From Kudoa neothunni (Eukaryota > Animalia > Cnidaria), in contig OZ199840.1 in assembly GCA_964304625.1 (NCBI GenBank), positions 7,040,336 through 7,104,335 on the forward strand: 64,000 nt of DNA, read 5' to 3'. The position numbers and the translations under genes are program-made. The notes beneath the pieces were generated by a model, which made no database searches, had not been told where the DNA came from, and saw only the letters and a program-made list of their open reading frames with translations. Of this stretch, positions 24,846 through 38,749 are shown piece by piece (the stretch's first letter is position 1; each line of letters begins with the position of its first letter).

Positions 24846-26790
24846 TAGGGTTAGAAATTTTCGACGTTTATTTTTCTGTAAATCGACGGTATTTATCGAC
24901 TTATATATAAATAAAATTTGTAAAATCGATTTTTATCGACTTTTATTTAAAGAAAGAAAAACTCTAAATAAAAAGAAAACAAAGTAAATTCGATAATCGT
25001 GAATTAAAATAATTATAATGGACCATTGAAATTTAGCATCGCCAACATTGTAAGGCGATCATCACCTAAATTTATTCTTTCTTTTCCGAAAACGTATCGG
25101 AGTTTTGAGAAACTCCTTTCAACATTGATTGATGACACTGGCAGGGTTAATATATCTTGACAAAGTATTGAAAGTTGAGGTAAAACATTTGATCGCGTTT
25201 TCCAAAAGTTAGGATCGACTGATCTTGTTAAATCTTTCGTCTCTTTACATAACAAATCGAATTCATTCTTAAGTTGTTGCCTGTCTTCAATCTTTAGAAA
25301 GTAACAAAGATCATCAACATTCAAACGTACAATTGAAATTATATCGTTTGAATCGAGATTTTTCACAGTTTCAAAAAATGTATTTGAGGGCAAACACTCA
25401 TTTAGACATTGAACATTTTAGTTCATTAATAATTTTGTCGCATAAATGTTCACATTAAGTAGAAGATTAATTCTACATTGAAATGGAACGAGACCGATAA
25501 TGTCCTTGTGATTTTTTAGCGAATAGTTCTTGTCGATTCCAAAGTCATTCTTTATCCAGTCACAAATTTTCGAGATACAATTTTCTTCGGTTTCAATTAT
25601 TTTTTAAAAATCAAATAATGGAGTAAGTGCATCGATTAAAATATTTAAAGAAACGTAAAAATTCATTAAGTTTTTCTCCAAATTTATCTCCTTTTATATC
25701 TTTTAAAAAGTCGATAACTGCTGGGTAATACCCCTTTACTTGCTTTATACAATTAAAGAAACTATACCACCGTACATCTAATACTCTCGGAATTTCTTTG
25801 AAATTATCAAAATTATTATTTTTAAGGTGTATCAAAAAAGAATGTTTCGCTTTCCTATTTTTTGACAGTAGGGATGAAGATTTCATGCATAAATTTCTAA
25901 CATCCTTAAAGTAAAGGTCAACAGCTTTTTGAACATCTCCATGAATAATATGTAAAAAACAAGAGATTCTGACGATATGAGAATACATAACTTTCAATTC
26001 AATATAATATTTTTTCATGTAAGATGCCGAGTCAGAAATAATAGCGATACAATTTTTCTAATCCAAATCATATCGTTTTAGAATTTCAGACAAATGGCTA
26101 GCAACAATAACAGAATTACATTGATACATCTCGAAGAAACTAACAATAGTTTTGCGTCTATCTGAGGAACTATCACGGAAGCAGGCCAAAGTGTTAAAAA
26201 TTAATTGGTCGGTTTTTAGCATCTGAGGACTCGTCAATTATTAAACCAAAACGTAAATCAGACATCATTAGTTCAATAGTGGTCACGGCTTCCTTATATA
26301 TCGTTGGAACATGCTTTTCAACTAAATATTTTCCTACAGGTAGCGGGTAGCGACCGTGACGCAGGACAATACGTAGAAATAAATTTCCTTAGATTGCATT
26401 CTTTATTAATCGAAGAAAATGGGAGGTCATCAAAAGCAACTATTTTAACCATATCTATTTCTATTTTATTTGAATTCGCCGTGTCTCGATAAAATATATT
26501 AGTTAGAGGGTTTATTTTCGACAAATTCGACTTGATGAAACAATGTTTTTGAGAATTAACGTGTTCCTGTATTCTATTTTGTTTCTTAGGTATCAACACT
26601 TTGCAATATCTACATATTAGTACATCACCAGCAGCTTCTAAATCACTCGATTCCAATAAATAATTGGTTATTCCACGTCATTTCCTTCCCATTTTTTCAC
26701 GTGTCTAATGCGGTAAAAACCGGGGAATTTTTGCAAATTCGACGGTTTAAATTGACGAAAATCGATTTAAATCGAAAATTTCCAACCCTA
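24846..26790 (-). mobile_element. hAT transposon with CGGBP1-like N-terminal zinc finger, both ends present, frameshifted
   Basis: TIR TAGGGTT(A/G)GAAATTTTCGA and 8-bp TSD ATTATAAA on both sides. Motifs CRYC...EHVNSQKH, LIIDESSD, DSASYM, CFLHIIH, VRWYS and dimerisation motif PVSSINVERSFS. Confidence 0.9.
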
Positions 26791-27053
26791 ATTATAAATT
26801 AGATAGGCAGACCGTTCGTTATCTCACTGAAGCCTCAAGAATCAAGAATGAAATATATTAAACTCTAACACGAGAATTCGTTGTCACATTAACATCTTAA
26901 TGCATTTCGTCTTTTTTACCAAGATAGGATAAACCGTTAGCGAACAGGAATCAGTTTCATTTTTATGACTTCTTTTCTAAACAAAATTTTAATCCCGCCC
27001 TCGAAGCTTATGAAAATCCCAAATTTGGCCCGCCAGCTAAAAACTTTGGTAAC

Positions 27054-27375
27054 TGTTGTATCTAAGTTCGCGTGAATCGTGCTAGTGAAAAGAAACACTT
27101 TGGAACAAACGACAATAAAGATTAGATGGGTTTCAATTAGAAATACGATGTTTATATATTACTGATGTAATATTAGCGCCAACCGCATTATGGCGAGATA
27201 TTGTGAGAATAGTGATGTCTGGAGTTTGGAGGAAAATAGTGGAATTTAGAGATGCGTCTTTCGGTTTGGTGGGTTTGGATGGAAATCATTTATAATGAAG
27301 TAATAGTAAGGCGGTTGCTGGGAAAGGAAATATATGGTGGGAAGTAGGTTTGATAAAAAGATTATGTACATGACA
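27054..27375. mobile_element. Solo LTR (322 bp) inside the hAT right TIR
   Basis: TGTTG...TGACA with a perfect 5-bp TSD GTAAC (27049-27053, 27376-27380). Confidence 0.8.
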
Positions 27376-30300
27376 GTAACCCTTGTCCTAAACTGTGTGT
27401 ACATAAGCGCAATAAAAAATTTTAATCAAACAACACCTATTCACAATGCTGTAAACGGATTTAATTATTTTAGGTCCCTGTCACGGATCCTATATCCATA
27501 ACCTCCATATATACTATGAAGGGAATTATAATATATTACGACTATTAATTACTTATCATACAAAAACTTTCGACAGTTACAATTGAAAGTGTCTTCATTG
27601 GAGCTTAAACCTGTAAGAGTCACCACAATAGTCCCTAAGAAGGAAATAGTAGGTCGGAAATAATTGAATACAATAAAAACTAATTACGCCTGAATATTTT
27701 TTATCCTTTGTAGTTAAATGAACTAGTGAATTCATTCAATTAATTCATACTTCGACAAAAAAGGGGACCCGCTGAGTCTCTATGTAACGATTTTTTGCGA
27801 ACTTTCTAGGGCTAGTATATTCTTATTTTATGTTCTTTTCGATTTTGCGTATATATGATGTATTGTGCCGGATTTTGGCGAGAAAGTACAATTTCTGCCA
27901 AGGGAAGTGTGGCGGCTAAGCCTATTAACAATTATTATTTTGCGCGAGTCGCATAACGTGTCAGTTTTTTGAATCTGTCTTTTGTGCTGCCGCTTCAGGA
28001 AGTTATCGAATATTAAGAAGTTTGTTGCATATGTACGAAGAAGATTATGTTAGAATTACATCGTAATATTTAACACTCAATACCTAGAGATTTTAAATTA
28101 AAATTAAAATATAGATATATTTTATATGTAGATGAAATATTTTAGAACATTAAAATAAAAAAATTGATATTCCTTATTACTACATGTTTGCGCATATAAC
28201 CTATTTTATTCTATAGGATTAGGTTGATTTGAATCATGTACATTGGCGAGCTCACATTCATACTTTATTGTTACGATCAGCGATAAGCAGGTGCAGTAAG
28301 TGATGAAAGTAGATTGGTCGACAAAATGGTATACTCTTAAGACAGAGGTTTAGGAGATGATCAAGATAAACTGCTAACAAAACTTAACGATGCCAGAAAA
28401 ATATTGCGACTTATACTGTTAATTTTGAAGTTTATGTATTTATTGAGCCTATAATCTACTTAACACGTACTGGAATCTATTTGCATTGCCTTGTATAATA
28501 GGATCGGCATTCTCTATATATACCAAAATACTCTCTCCGATTTTTCAGTACTTTTAGTTAAGAATTCAAGAATGTTACGTCCCAACCCCAGCAGTCGAAA
28601 GTCGGCACAAAGAACATCCTTGCTGAACCCTATAGATTGCTCAAAGTTAATGGATAGTAAATTTGAAGGCAGTGAAGATATTAATGGTAATATTTTATAA
28701 TTCATTAAAGATTTATAATATTGGGATAATGTTAATTGGTTTGAATATCTGTGGACTTTAAAGAGCCCATACAATTAATTTCACTAATTGTGCACCTATT
28801 AGCTCGATTTTGACATTACTAAATGGTACAGATTTTATAAAATTAGGCATATTGTTTGTGTTATATTTATCCTTTATTTACTGTAAAGTGGGCAGTTTAA
28901 ATTAATTCCAAACTTAATAAAATAAATAAACATATTTTGCGACAAAATTTTACCAATTTATAATAGTTTCGATAATCATACAAATTTTTAATGTTAATAT
29001 TTAAGTAATGCTTGAACCACATTAATCCAATATGGAGCTAATCTATGCACGACAAGATCTCGATATTGCGTAGCCTCCCCTTGGTCCCCAAACGTTACGC
29101 AATCGCAATGCCGAATACATGCGCAATTATATAATTTTTTGGATCCAATGAATTATTTAAATTAAGAGTAACTAGAACTCTTTTAATTTATTATTATCTT
29201 AGTCCATTTTGAGGTGTATGTTAAGAAATTCTATCTTTGTTATAACTGAGAAACACATTTATAATTTAATTAATGGCATTCTTTTAACCAGAAATTTACA
29301 GTGTTTCATCAATCACCACAAACTTGTTATCTTCATCAAATTTTTAAACCTCGTGTTTTTTTATAAATAAAGTTACAAAATTTTTTATTTGAAATCATGT
29401 TTTCTTCCGTTATAATTAAGTTCTCCGTTCAGTCATCCTATGAAAAGATTAATAGGGATAGCGCTCCAAAATTACATTTAATAATACAATAGACTTTATT
29501 TTCTATAAGATTGACATTTAAATAATGTTTGAGTAAAATATAATTTCAAATTTAATTTCTTAAGACAAGAATGAATGGATCTTTAATACGTTTTCTAGGG
29601 TTTATTAAGCTCACTATTTTTATATCATATTTATTGATTGCGATCATGCTAACTTATGTTGTTTATGAATATAATACTAAATATGATTTAACGTATATTT
29701 CAATCATAGAAATGCTGAGTAATCCATTGCAAGACTACATAGTTCTAAGATAAATCAGTTGAACCAAGCTTATGGAGTTTTTGAACATAATTCCTGTATT
29801 AAAAATTTTAAAACCCCACTGAAACCTTTGATACCAATTCATATAGTCTAGAGCTTTGCAACTTTAATTATTTAGAATACTGAATTTATTTTCACTTTTC
29901 CCTTCATCGCATTCAGCCTGTTAGAGGGTTGTTTTCAGTAAGTTCATATTTTCATGAATCTAGTGCCATTATAGTTCAAGTGATATTTTAAATTTAGATA
30001 TAATTTTTTGTAGGAAAAATTAGATCAAAAAATTGAATAATTTTCCTTAAATTATAGGAACTATAATGCGCATCCTTTCATTAGGCAAGATCAGATTGTC
30101 CAAAGTCCTAGTTTTTTAACGCTATATTTATTTTATTGATTTATGGAATCGTATACATTAGTTTTTCGACTCAAACTTAATGAGAGTTTAGGTAAAATGC
30201 ACATTGGAGAAGTACACAATTCAAGGATTACGCGATTAAAAAACAGACAATAGTTGCGAAAGTCAACGTTATTCTCCATTTGAATATTTTGATAATTAAA

Positions 30301-31728
30301 AGTTATTTTAAATATATACTTTAGATTTCTTTTGATAATTACCGGCAAGTGAAGCACTTTAATAAATAGGTTAAATAAGAGATCAATGGTTTTTTGCCAG
30401 TGATCTGCGAAATTTGTCTGGGAACCACCAGCACCGAAAAAAGTGTAGAAATTAATAATAGGTATCTACTTACAAATGCATGTTTTCTAAGTCCTTGGTG
30501 ATGTTGAATAGGTATTAAGAATAATATATGCTATTGTTTTGTAAATAAATCCGTGAATTTTTTTTATAAACATTGTGATTTATTCGTTACAATTCCTTTA
30601 ATATATATGGGAATGTGCTCGACAATCTGAGCTTGTCAAGGGATCCGTGATTCCAAAAAGGTTGAAAACCACTGCCTTAGAGGAGAATCTTGGAGCCCAC
30701 GAGTTCACCTTTATATTATTCCGGAGAACTTTTGTTGTTAAATTTGTTATATATTGTATATATTCGATAGAATTTCACCCATTTTTAAATAAGTATTATC
30801 TATTGACTGATATAATAAAACTGGTTAAACTTTTGATGGAATTAACGAAAATGTAACAAATTTGACAACACAATAATAGAAAGGTGGGTGCGTGGATCCA
30901 AAAGTTATCCTTTGAGGGTTAATTGTTGTATAGAGACGCTATTGGGGGATAAGGTATGGTTATAAACAGGTCGAATAACCCTATCGAAAGTACAAAACTT
31001 CTGATACTCTAATAATACTAAAAATTAAACATACATATAATTTTCCCCGTTGTTTAATGGTGGTTTTTCGCGCTAATGTAATCGTATTACGCAATAATTA
31101 TTCCGCTGTTTGCATATAAAAATATCGAAAAACTCGACTTTTATTATGGATGTAGATTTAGACCTTCGGTTTTTTAAATTGAATGTTGAAAATTTCGTGT
31201 CTTAATTATAAGGTACAATAGAGTAATTCTACGCTCAAATACGTACTTTCGCTCATTGATTGTACGGACAACATCAGGATTTTTTATGAGGGTACATAAT
31301 TTAAAACTCACGTTTTCCAATCTCAGTAAATATTAAGCGAGCTGAAATTCTTTAACTTTAAAAATTTAGCACCTTTATTAAATAAATTAAAATACTTACT
31401 ATGAACAAGGCACAGCTACAGTTAACAAAATCCCAGGCTTTTCTACGACCTCATGAGTTAATGCATATAATACTTAACATTATACTCAAACAGTCTCGAT
31501 TTTAAGGGAAAGATATGTTGATACTCAACAAAAATTCACAATATTCGAACTTTTAAGTTTCTACGTGTGGCCCATGATTATTTAATGGGTTAAGGCGAAA
31601 ACAAACAAATTTTATTAATTGTTATATTTATGTTTTTTAATATAAATTTATAAAATTTTAACCAGGTTGAATAATTTTTTCCCAATAAACAGTATCTAAA
31701 AAGGCGACTATTCTAATACTTATTTAGG

Positions 31729-33410
31729 AGATAAAAAACCAAGGAGAAGTTTTTGTACTTCCGATAAATTACAACTAAGAAAAAGCATAACCAATAGTTT
31801 AACAATGAAAGGGAATATCAGAATTCAATTCTTTAATAAGAACCAAATACATTGTTTTAAAGTATTGCAAAGACGCCCTCCTATGCCGTCTATCGTTATA
31901 AATACTAACAATAATCAACTTGAATCAAACCAGAAATCAATCTCCTATTATGATTTTAGTACGAAGAAAGTAGATTTTAAGGAGGCAATTCTCGAAAACA
32001 CTACTTTAAGAGAATTGTTTTATCAATTTGTAAAATCAGAACGTTCAGAAGAAAACCTGGAGTTTTACATGGAGATAGAGAAGTTTAAGAAATTAGGTAG
32101 CAACACTGATGAGGTATAATATTAGTTAAAAATTATTTGATCAGTTTATTCCTGTCTTACAAATGAATTTTTAAGCTCAAAGAGAGATGCAAATATATAT
32201 ACGAGGAGTATCTAAAGAATGGTTCTGCAAAGATGATCAATGTGGATTATAATACAGTGAAGCAAGCCCAAAATTGCCTATCCAACCCAACGACAGATAT
32301 GTTTGACAGAGCGCAAATTCAAGTACATCTCAAGTAGATTATTCTGATATTTAAATTCTTACAAAGGTTATCAATCTAATGCAGTCCGATTCGCTCAGTA
32401 GGTTTTTGAGCTCCAGTGTCTATAGGGAAATGATAGAATTTCCACATCTTTATTTCGACACAGTCATAAGAATGCCAGCTGACCAGGTATTGTGAGAAAT
32501 GTTATTACTGTTTATGCGGAATGGTTATCATGTTAGAATATGGAAAAAATATCAAAAGTTCAACGGTTCTTTGAAAAATGTAGAATTAAAAGCAGCAATT
32601 TAAATCTAGCTAAAAAATACACAAGTACTACATGAGTTTTATATCCGGTTCTGAAAACACTTACCAATTGTTTTTAGGTGATGAGATACTATTCGTCATT
32701 CCCGAATGTACTCCAAATGTAATATGTATCTTATTTTGATTACTGTTTTAATATCAAAAAATAATTTAGGAAGTTTATGATAATCAAAAAACCGGCAAAA
32801 TGATAAATATTTATTCAAACCAACAACTATACACATATTTTCCAAAACTGAAAAAAACGCTTAAAAATGCACTACAGTATCTACTTTCCAAAGATGAAAT
32901 TAATAAAAATATTCGTTGTTTTAATCTCCCATTTTTGAGTGTATGAATTTTCAATACCAAAAATTCAATCAGATGTTTTAACAAATATTGATTTAGTTGG
33001 TTGATTCAGATTCCGACACCACTACGCTCAATGGACAAACGCTTATCACGCGAATTTATTCGAATTTCAAGTATTTATTGAGATCAAACGAAATAATTCA
33101 CTTATCATGTTTATGAATAGATTATTGGTTGGAGAAAAAGATTTAAAAGTTTATAATGTATATGCTCCTTCTGAAGATATTATTGGGGACATTTTAACCA
33201 CTGTTCAAGATTATGTTGGTATAAAACTTGAAGAAAACATTTTCTATCAAGTATTTTAATGTCTTTTAAGAATTCATAAAAAATTTGTAGGCACCTGATC
33301 TTACAATCTGTTTGAGTGACCGAATAATTATGTATCAAGGTTGGGTAATCAAGGTAGAAAAAACAGATCAGGAACACTCAGAAAATGCATTTGAGAGTTA
33401 TAAACTATAA
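31729..33410 (+). CDS. Regulator of G-protein signalling (RGS domain), possibly RGS12/14-like; 5' exon(s) not located
   Basis: Spliced LFYQFVKSERSEENLEFYMEIEKFK...IYEEYLKNGSAKMINVD...DMFDRAQIQ/VINLMQSDSLSRFLSS is a full RGS box. Further small exons include KKTLKNALQYLL and end at TAA 33408-33410. The 3' structure is tentative. Confidence 0.85.
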
Positions 33411-33569
33411 TACTTTAACATTTCATAATATTAAAATAACCTATTTTACGATTAGATTTGTACAATGATTTTATTGGTTTGATCCAATTTTTAACTAACC
33501 TTCTAAGGATGGTGATCGGAAACATTGCTTTCCGGCGCAGGTTCGTTACTATAGTCTCGTATGTATATC

Positions 33570-35380
33570 AGGTACGTTGGGTAACCGATTTTATGTACCC
33601 AATTAACGCATGCACAAAAAATTAGATTTTGGTAGTTTGTTCAATTTTATCACGGTTTTTATAAATTAAAAAAATAAATTCAATAAAATTTGTAATATAT
33701 TTGTATATACACAGGAATATTTAATTTCTAATTTAGTTTCTAGACATGGAAAAATCCTGTAATTTTCGACTGATGTAAGTTCTTCAATGATGTTTCATAA
33801 ATTTCTTCTTCAATTTCACATAAATTGTATTTTTCATTGCCACTGGCTTTTAAATATGCTTTTGATTTTTCCGCACAATCATTCTCTTCTTTAGATAAAA
33901 CTTTAATAGGTGTTGGTGCTATCTCTTCCTGTTCGAGATATTCAATAGTTGTTTGTACAACGTCGTTATTTTCGTTTATATCACCAATTAAATCTTCCAC
34001 AATCTCCTCCTCGTGTATTATTTCGTCAATTTTATCCTTAATTTTTTCATCCATATCTGATAATTTGGTCGTTGATTCGGCACTTAAATTTGACTCATTT
34101 GGAATAAAGAATGCTTTGTTAAAGCTATTGACTATGACTGGTTCCATAACTTTTTCCCAAGACATTTTGATAAGCACGTGTGCATCGAGTATATTTGGAG
34201 GAGTCGCATCAAGGCCATTCTCTATTCGTGACATGTATCAATGTGTCATAGAGTTTTGTGGTGCGATTTTAACGATTGTATAATGCCATGATTCATTGGC
34301 TGTAATACGATTGTATTTTTTGGGAAAAAGGTATGTAACAATACTACGCGTACATTAAACAGGGAGCGGCGGCTCTGTTGAACCACTAATAACCTATATA
34401 GTATGGAGTCATATTGGTGCATTTATTCAGTGAGTATCTATTCGCTATAAGGTAATATGGATATTTGATAAATCACATTGAGTATGACAAGACGCGTTGT
34501 CCATGAGCAACGAGACTTTTTTATTCTTACGTTTAAGATGTCCGTTTAGAATATTCAAATATTCTTCTTTGAATATTATTGTAGTCACTCATGTTTTCCG
34601 GTTACTTTTATAGGCTAAAGGTAACACTACAACGCCCTTGAAACAACGGGGTTTGATGAAAGGACCAATAACAAGCGGCTCTAATTTTTCTCCTGATCCT
34701 GACATCGAAGCACCAAGTAAAATGGTCGCTCTTTTTTTGATTTTTTGGATCACATTATTTTATTCCTTTGAAGCAACATAGCTCTTACATGTTAAATTGT
34801 TATGAATATAAAGTTGCCTAATTGGTTACCTCTTTGGCGTTGATAGTAAGGCCCTGTTTCATCTAAATTATACACGCAGTCAGGTGAGAAGCCAGGTAAA
34901 ACGTCAGCTAAATGAAATTTCCAGTCATCAAAAACTTTGGCATCTACTGAGGCAGATTCAACTTGGAAAGTAATTCTTTCCAGGTTAAAACGACTTTAAA
35001 TCCTCTAAACCAGCCGGTGGTAACATTAGAATACTCGTTGCTTGATCTGGCGATCTCATTTCGTTTACAAATGATGTCATAAATTGAAAGCTCAACGTTA
35101 CTTCTTCTCATTGTGTTAAACCAATCATAAACAGCTTCATCAATATCGTTCTCCTTTCCTGGTTTAAGATTCTTTCTGTTAGTTGAAATTAAACCCAATT
35201 CAACGTTTGTTGTAATTCCATCTCCTTTACTAAGAATACTATCCAGCGATGATATTGTCGGTAAGTTAAATTTTTTTATTGTGGCTGCGTTTGCTCCTTC
35301 CTTCATTAATGTATCATAATATCTTATTATTTCAAATTTTTCTTTCAATGTACGATACTTTTTTGTTCTATTCACCATAC
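33570..35380 (-). mobile_element. Tigger transposon, pseudogenised
   Basis: CENP-B HTH (TLKEKFEII, IDEAVYDWF, GWFRGFK), NLDETG, MDNASCH, FPKNT..LQPM and QSKITGFF. The true start is probably MVNRTKK at 35378; sequence further upstream belongs to a piggyBac end. Confidence 0.85.
34334..34449. mobile_element. Solo-LTR-like insert (116 bp) in Tigger
   Basis: TGTAAC...GCTATA with a perfect 5-bp TSD AGGTA. Removing it restores NIHITFFPKNT. Confidence 0.7.
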
Positions 35381-35384
35381 TTAA

Positions 35385-35425
35385 CCCTCCCTGTCCGAAG
35401 CGGGGTCCATTAGGGACCCCAATTT
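35385..35425 (+). mobile_element. piggyBac family C terminus
   Basis: TTAA-CCCTCCCTGTCCG plus palindrome GGGGTCC-ATTAG-GGACCCC. Related ends at about 17297-17362, 59626-59690 and 63175-63210. Confidence 0.6.
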
Positions 35426-36099
35426 CAGTAATTTTCGCGTTACTCTGAAACTGAACCATTGACTTCTTAACTGTTCCAGGAATGCCTCAATGAGGTTAAA
35501 AAGTAAGTATAGAAACTATAATTTTTTTTCTAAGTTAAAAAATATGCCTTAGCGATTATATTTATTTCAGAATCCGCATATTTATTCCTATAGGATTTCA
35601 AGAAAAATGGTCCATTATATGCATATTAATCTATTTTACTTATTTTTATATATAAATTTTGTTTAATTGATTTTTAAGCCATATATACATAAGGTTTATA
35701 CATACTTCGACATAATAGGAGATTAGCGAGAATTCATCCGTACCGCGCTTCTTGGTTGGTAGGCTCCTGTTTCTCTAAAGAATCTTTGTTTGCCAACAAT
35801 AAATTAGTCCATGATTCATTACTTGCAATATAACTATTAGAATCTTAGTGTATCATCTGAGGGTTCCGTAAGTTTTATTCGGCGAAATGTAAATTGATAG
35901 AGCATAAAGTATTTTGCGAATAATTGTTCTATTGCAAATTTAATAAGCAATAGGACCTATCAATGATTTTTCAAAATAGTCCGAAATAATGGCTATTAAT
36001 ATTTGTATTGAGTATATAACAGTAGTTAAAGCACCGTGTGTTTACTGATTATTGATATCGACATGTATGTGCTACGAATTATTCGTATAGAAGCGTTAA

Positions 36100-38411
36100 C
36101 CCTTTGAGACCTGAAAATCAAGGAGTCAGAAAATATTTTTTTTAAATGTCAAAATATCTAAAAAATTAAAATTAATAACATATATAAAAATTAAAGAAAT
36201 ATTTAATTAGGAAGTCTATTAAACTTAATGGTGCCATGTGGCACTATTCGGAGACACCTTGGTCTCAAAAATTTAAAAAACATTGTCGTTCCCAAAAAAT
36301 ACACGTATAACAGATAAACGTAATATAAAAATCTATTTTTTTGTATGATAGTCTAAGAAACAGTTTCTATTTATATTTAAGCATAAGTGGACATCGCATT
36401 TGAGACACATTGTTATGGAATGCAGTCCACAGAATTTATATCTTACTTTGGCCGTTGTGCATTCTGGGAAATGAGAGATTTGGTCAAATCGTACATTTTT
36501 AATTATCTTTGACTCAGAAAGATTATAGACCCTAGCTGTCATTGGAATTAGTGTGTTAACAAAATCGGATGTGGACGGCCAACCTCCCTTCCTCATCATA
36601 TTTAATACCTGATTCACATGCATCAATTGCTCGCTCATCGAAGCGCTAAAATCCATTAAACAGCAATATTTTTGGCAGAAATTTCGTTTAGCAAACATTG
36701 GCGTTTGTAGGCAAGCCACCTGTTAAGGATACACAAATTAATGGCCCACAAAAATATCCTCTTGAACCATTTTTTGGATTTATGGTCCAATCGATAAAGA
36801 GCCATCAGCATGTCAAAAAAGTCCACTCCACCCATGTTTCGATTGTACATTTTGATCATATGTGGGAAATTGATTTTTACAGCTTTTTTCTCCTTTCGAT
36901 CGTATCTGTCGATAGTGCTCATAGGAGAAATAGAGTGAGCGGTCGATATCACAGTACGACGGAGCTGTCTAACCAACGCACAGTGTTAATTTTTGAATCT
37001 TTATCTACATATAGCGCGTATTCGTATCTGCCCCTTTTCAATTTTTAAAGGTCTTATCATCACTGATAGGACAATTACGGAGGCGATTTCTTCTCATCGT
37101 ACTCGTAGAGTGATGACCCATTTTGAGTAGAATCGAATGCAGCGGGAGCGTTGAAAAATAATTATCAAAATATTGGTGGTGTGTGTTTCCTTTTTCAATA
37201 GACTGGGCCAATTTTAAAACGATGTCGGAGGATCGAAAACCCGAGCTTTCGCCATCATAAGTAAAATTGCCATCTTCAAAAAAAAGTCGTGGACAATACC
37301 ACCAGACCCATTTCTTGTAAATACCTTAAATCCCCATTTTGTAGGTTTGGATGGCAGATATCGTTTGAGGCCGGACTTACCTTTAAATGGAATCATCTGC
37401 TCATCCACGCATTAATTATAGTCGGGTTCAGTTTTCAAATAGGCCTCTCGAATGATGTCTAATAGGGGCCTCAACTTCAAAACTCGATCATAATCCCTGT
37501 GGGTACAGGATTTAACAATATTGTTATCGCAAAAATGAATGAATTTTTGCATATCCATGAAGCGATCTCTCGACATTTCCTCAGCTATAATTGTTATGTT
37601 GAGTTCAGCACTCCAATAGCTCCTTATTCTAGGTAGTTTAATAATGGCCATTCTTATAAGCATTCCAATGAATAACTTTATTTCGTTTACGGTAGTTCGA
37701 AACGACGAGTTTTTTTCTATGAAATACTTATTAGTTTCTTTACAAATTAATTCAAATAATTTGTCGGAAAAGAACATATTAAAATATGAATAAGGATCCA
37801 AAATATTCTCTTTTTTGAGTTTCTCATTTATGAGGACGCTTTCATCTACCACATTTAATGAGTTTTTTATAAATCGTGATTTATGGTCGTTGATCCTACG
37901 TGTCAAAACTAGTATATCCGTGAGAATATCGGATTTCAAATTTTCGATTTCATCGTCAAATATATCGGCATCAGGTAGTAATATTAACTCCTCAACAATA
38001 TCCTCATTATCACTGATCTTTTCACCAAATCAGAGTCCGTGATAATGTTAATCCGACACAACAACGTGGGCGCCGAATGGTGCCATATGACACCACGAAT
38101 TAATCATTCACTGTAAACCTCGACATTTACGAATTATAATGGCGATATATATTTTTTAAATGAAAATATAATAAATTTAAGAATATGATTCAATCGATCA
38201 AACATTACCTGTTTATTAGACAAAAAATATCGATTTAATTTGCATTTTGATTGATAAAAAAATAATAAATACTGTTATTTGTTTTTTGATAAAATAAAGT
38301 GGCAATTAATAATGCACTTATAAGATATATTTATTCAGAAACACTAATACACGCCGAGAAATTTCCAAAACAACGCCATGGTGCCATATGGCACCATTCG
38401 GTCTTAAAGGG
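36100..38411 (-). mobile_element. piggyBac family A, copy 2, both ends present, pseudogenised
   Basis: TTAA on both sides; TIR CCCTTT(G/A)AGACC. Motifs DEQMIPFKG, FDNYFST, YNRNMGGVDFFD and a C-terminal cysteine-rich domain (CLKCDVHLC...CFLDYH). Confidence 0.93.
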
Positions 38412-38749
38412 TTAAGCGTATGTTCCAGCAGTTTTGCAAGTACAGACATCAAAATATTTAAATAACTTAGGTTTCCTCAAATTAAATTCTTTAATCTGAT
38501 CATATTAACTCTTAAATATGCAAATAAATAAAAGTTCGTAAAAACGTAAAGGGAAGTAGCATTTAAAAATGTAAATACATTACTAATCAATGCACCTTTA
38601 TAATTTTTTTTTATTTTAATTTTGAAGGAATTAAAACGATGCAAGTTTTTCAGACACTGCTTTCTATGAAATCTCAAAGCAAATTGCATGCGTCGCTACA
38701 TATACTACTTCCGAAACAGTCCGATAATTTCTACAGAACGGCGCTTAAT

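Larger units (their letters stand above)
23149..27385. mobile_element. Non-autonomous hAT element hosting nested insertions
   Basis: Left end CAGGGGTCACCAAAGT; right end ACTTTGGTAAC[solo LTR]CCTTG. Perfect 8-bp TSD TCCTAAAC at 23141-23148 and 27386-27393. Confidence 0.8.

Noticed and set aside
28250-28774. Minus-strand coding-like stretch around ORF 28514-28774
   Set aside because: No recognisable motif, and stops in all continuing frames.
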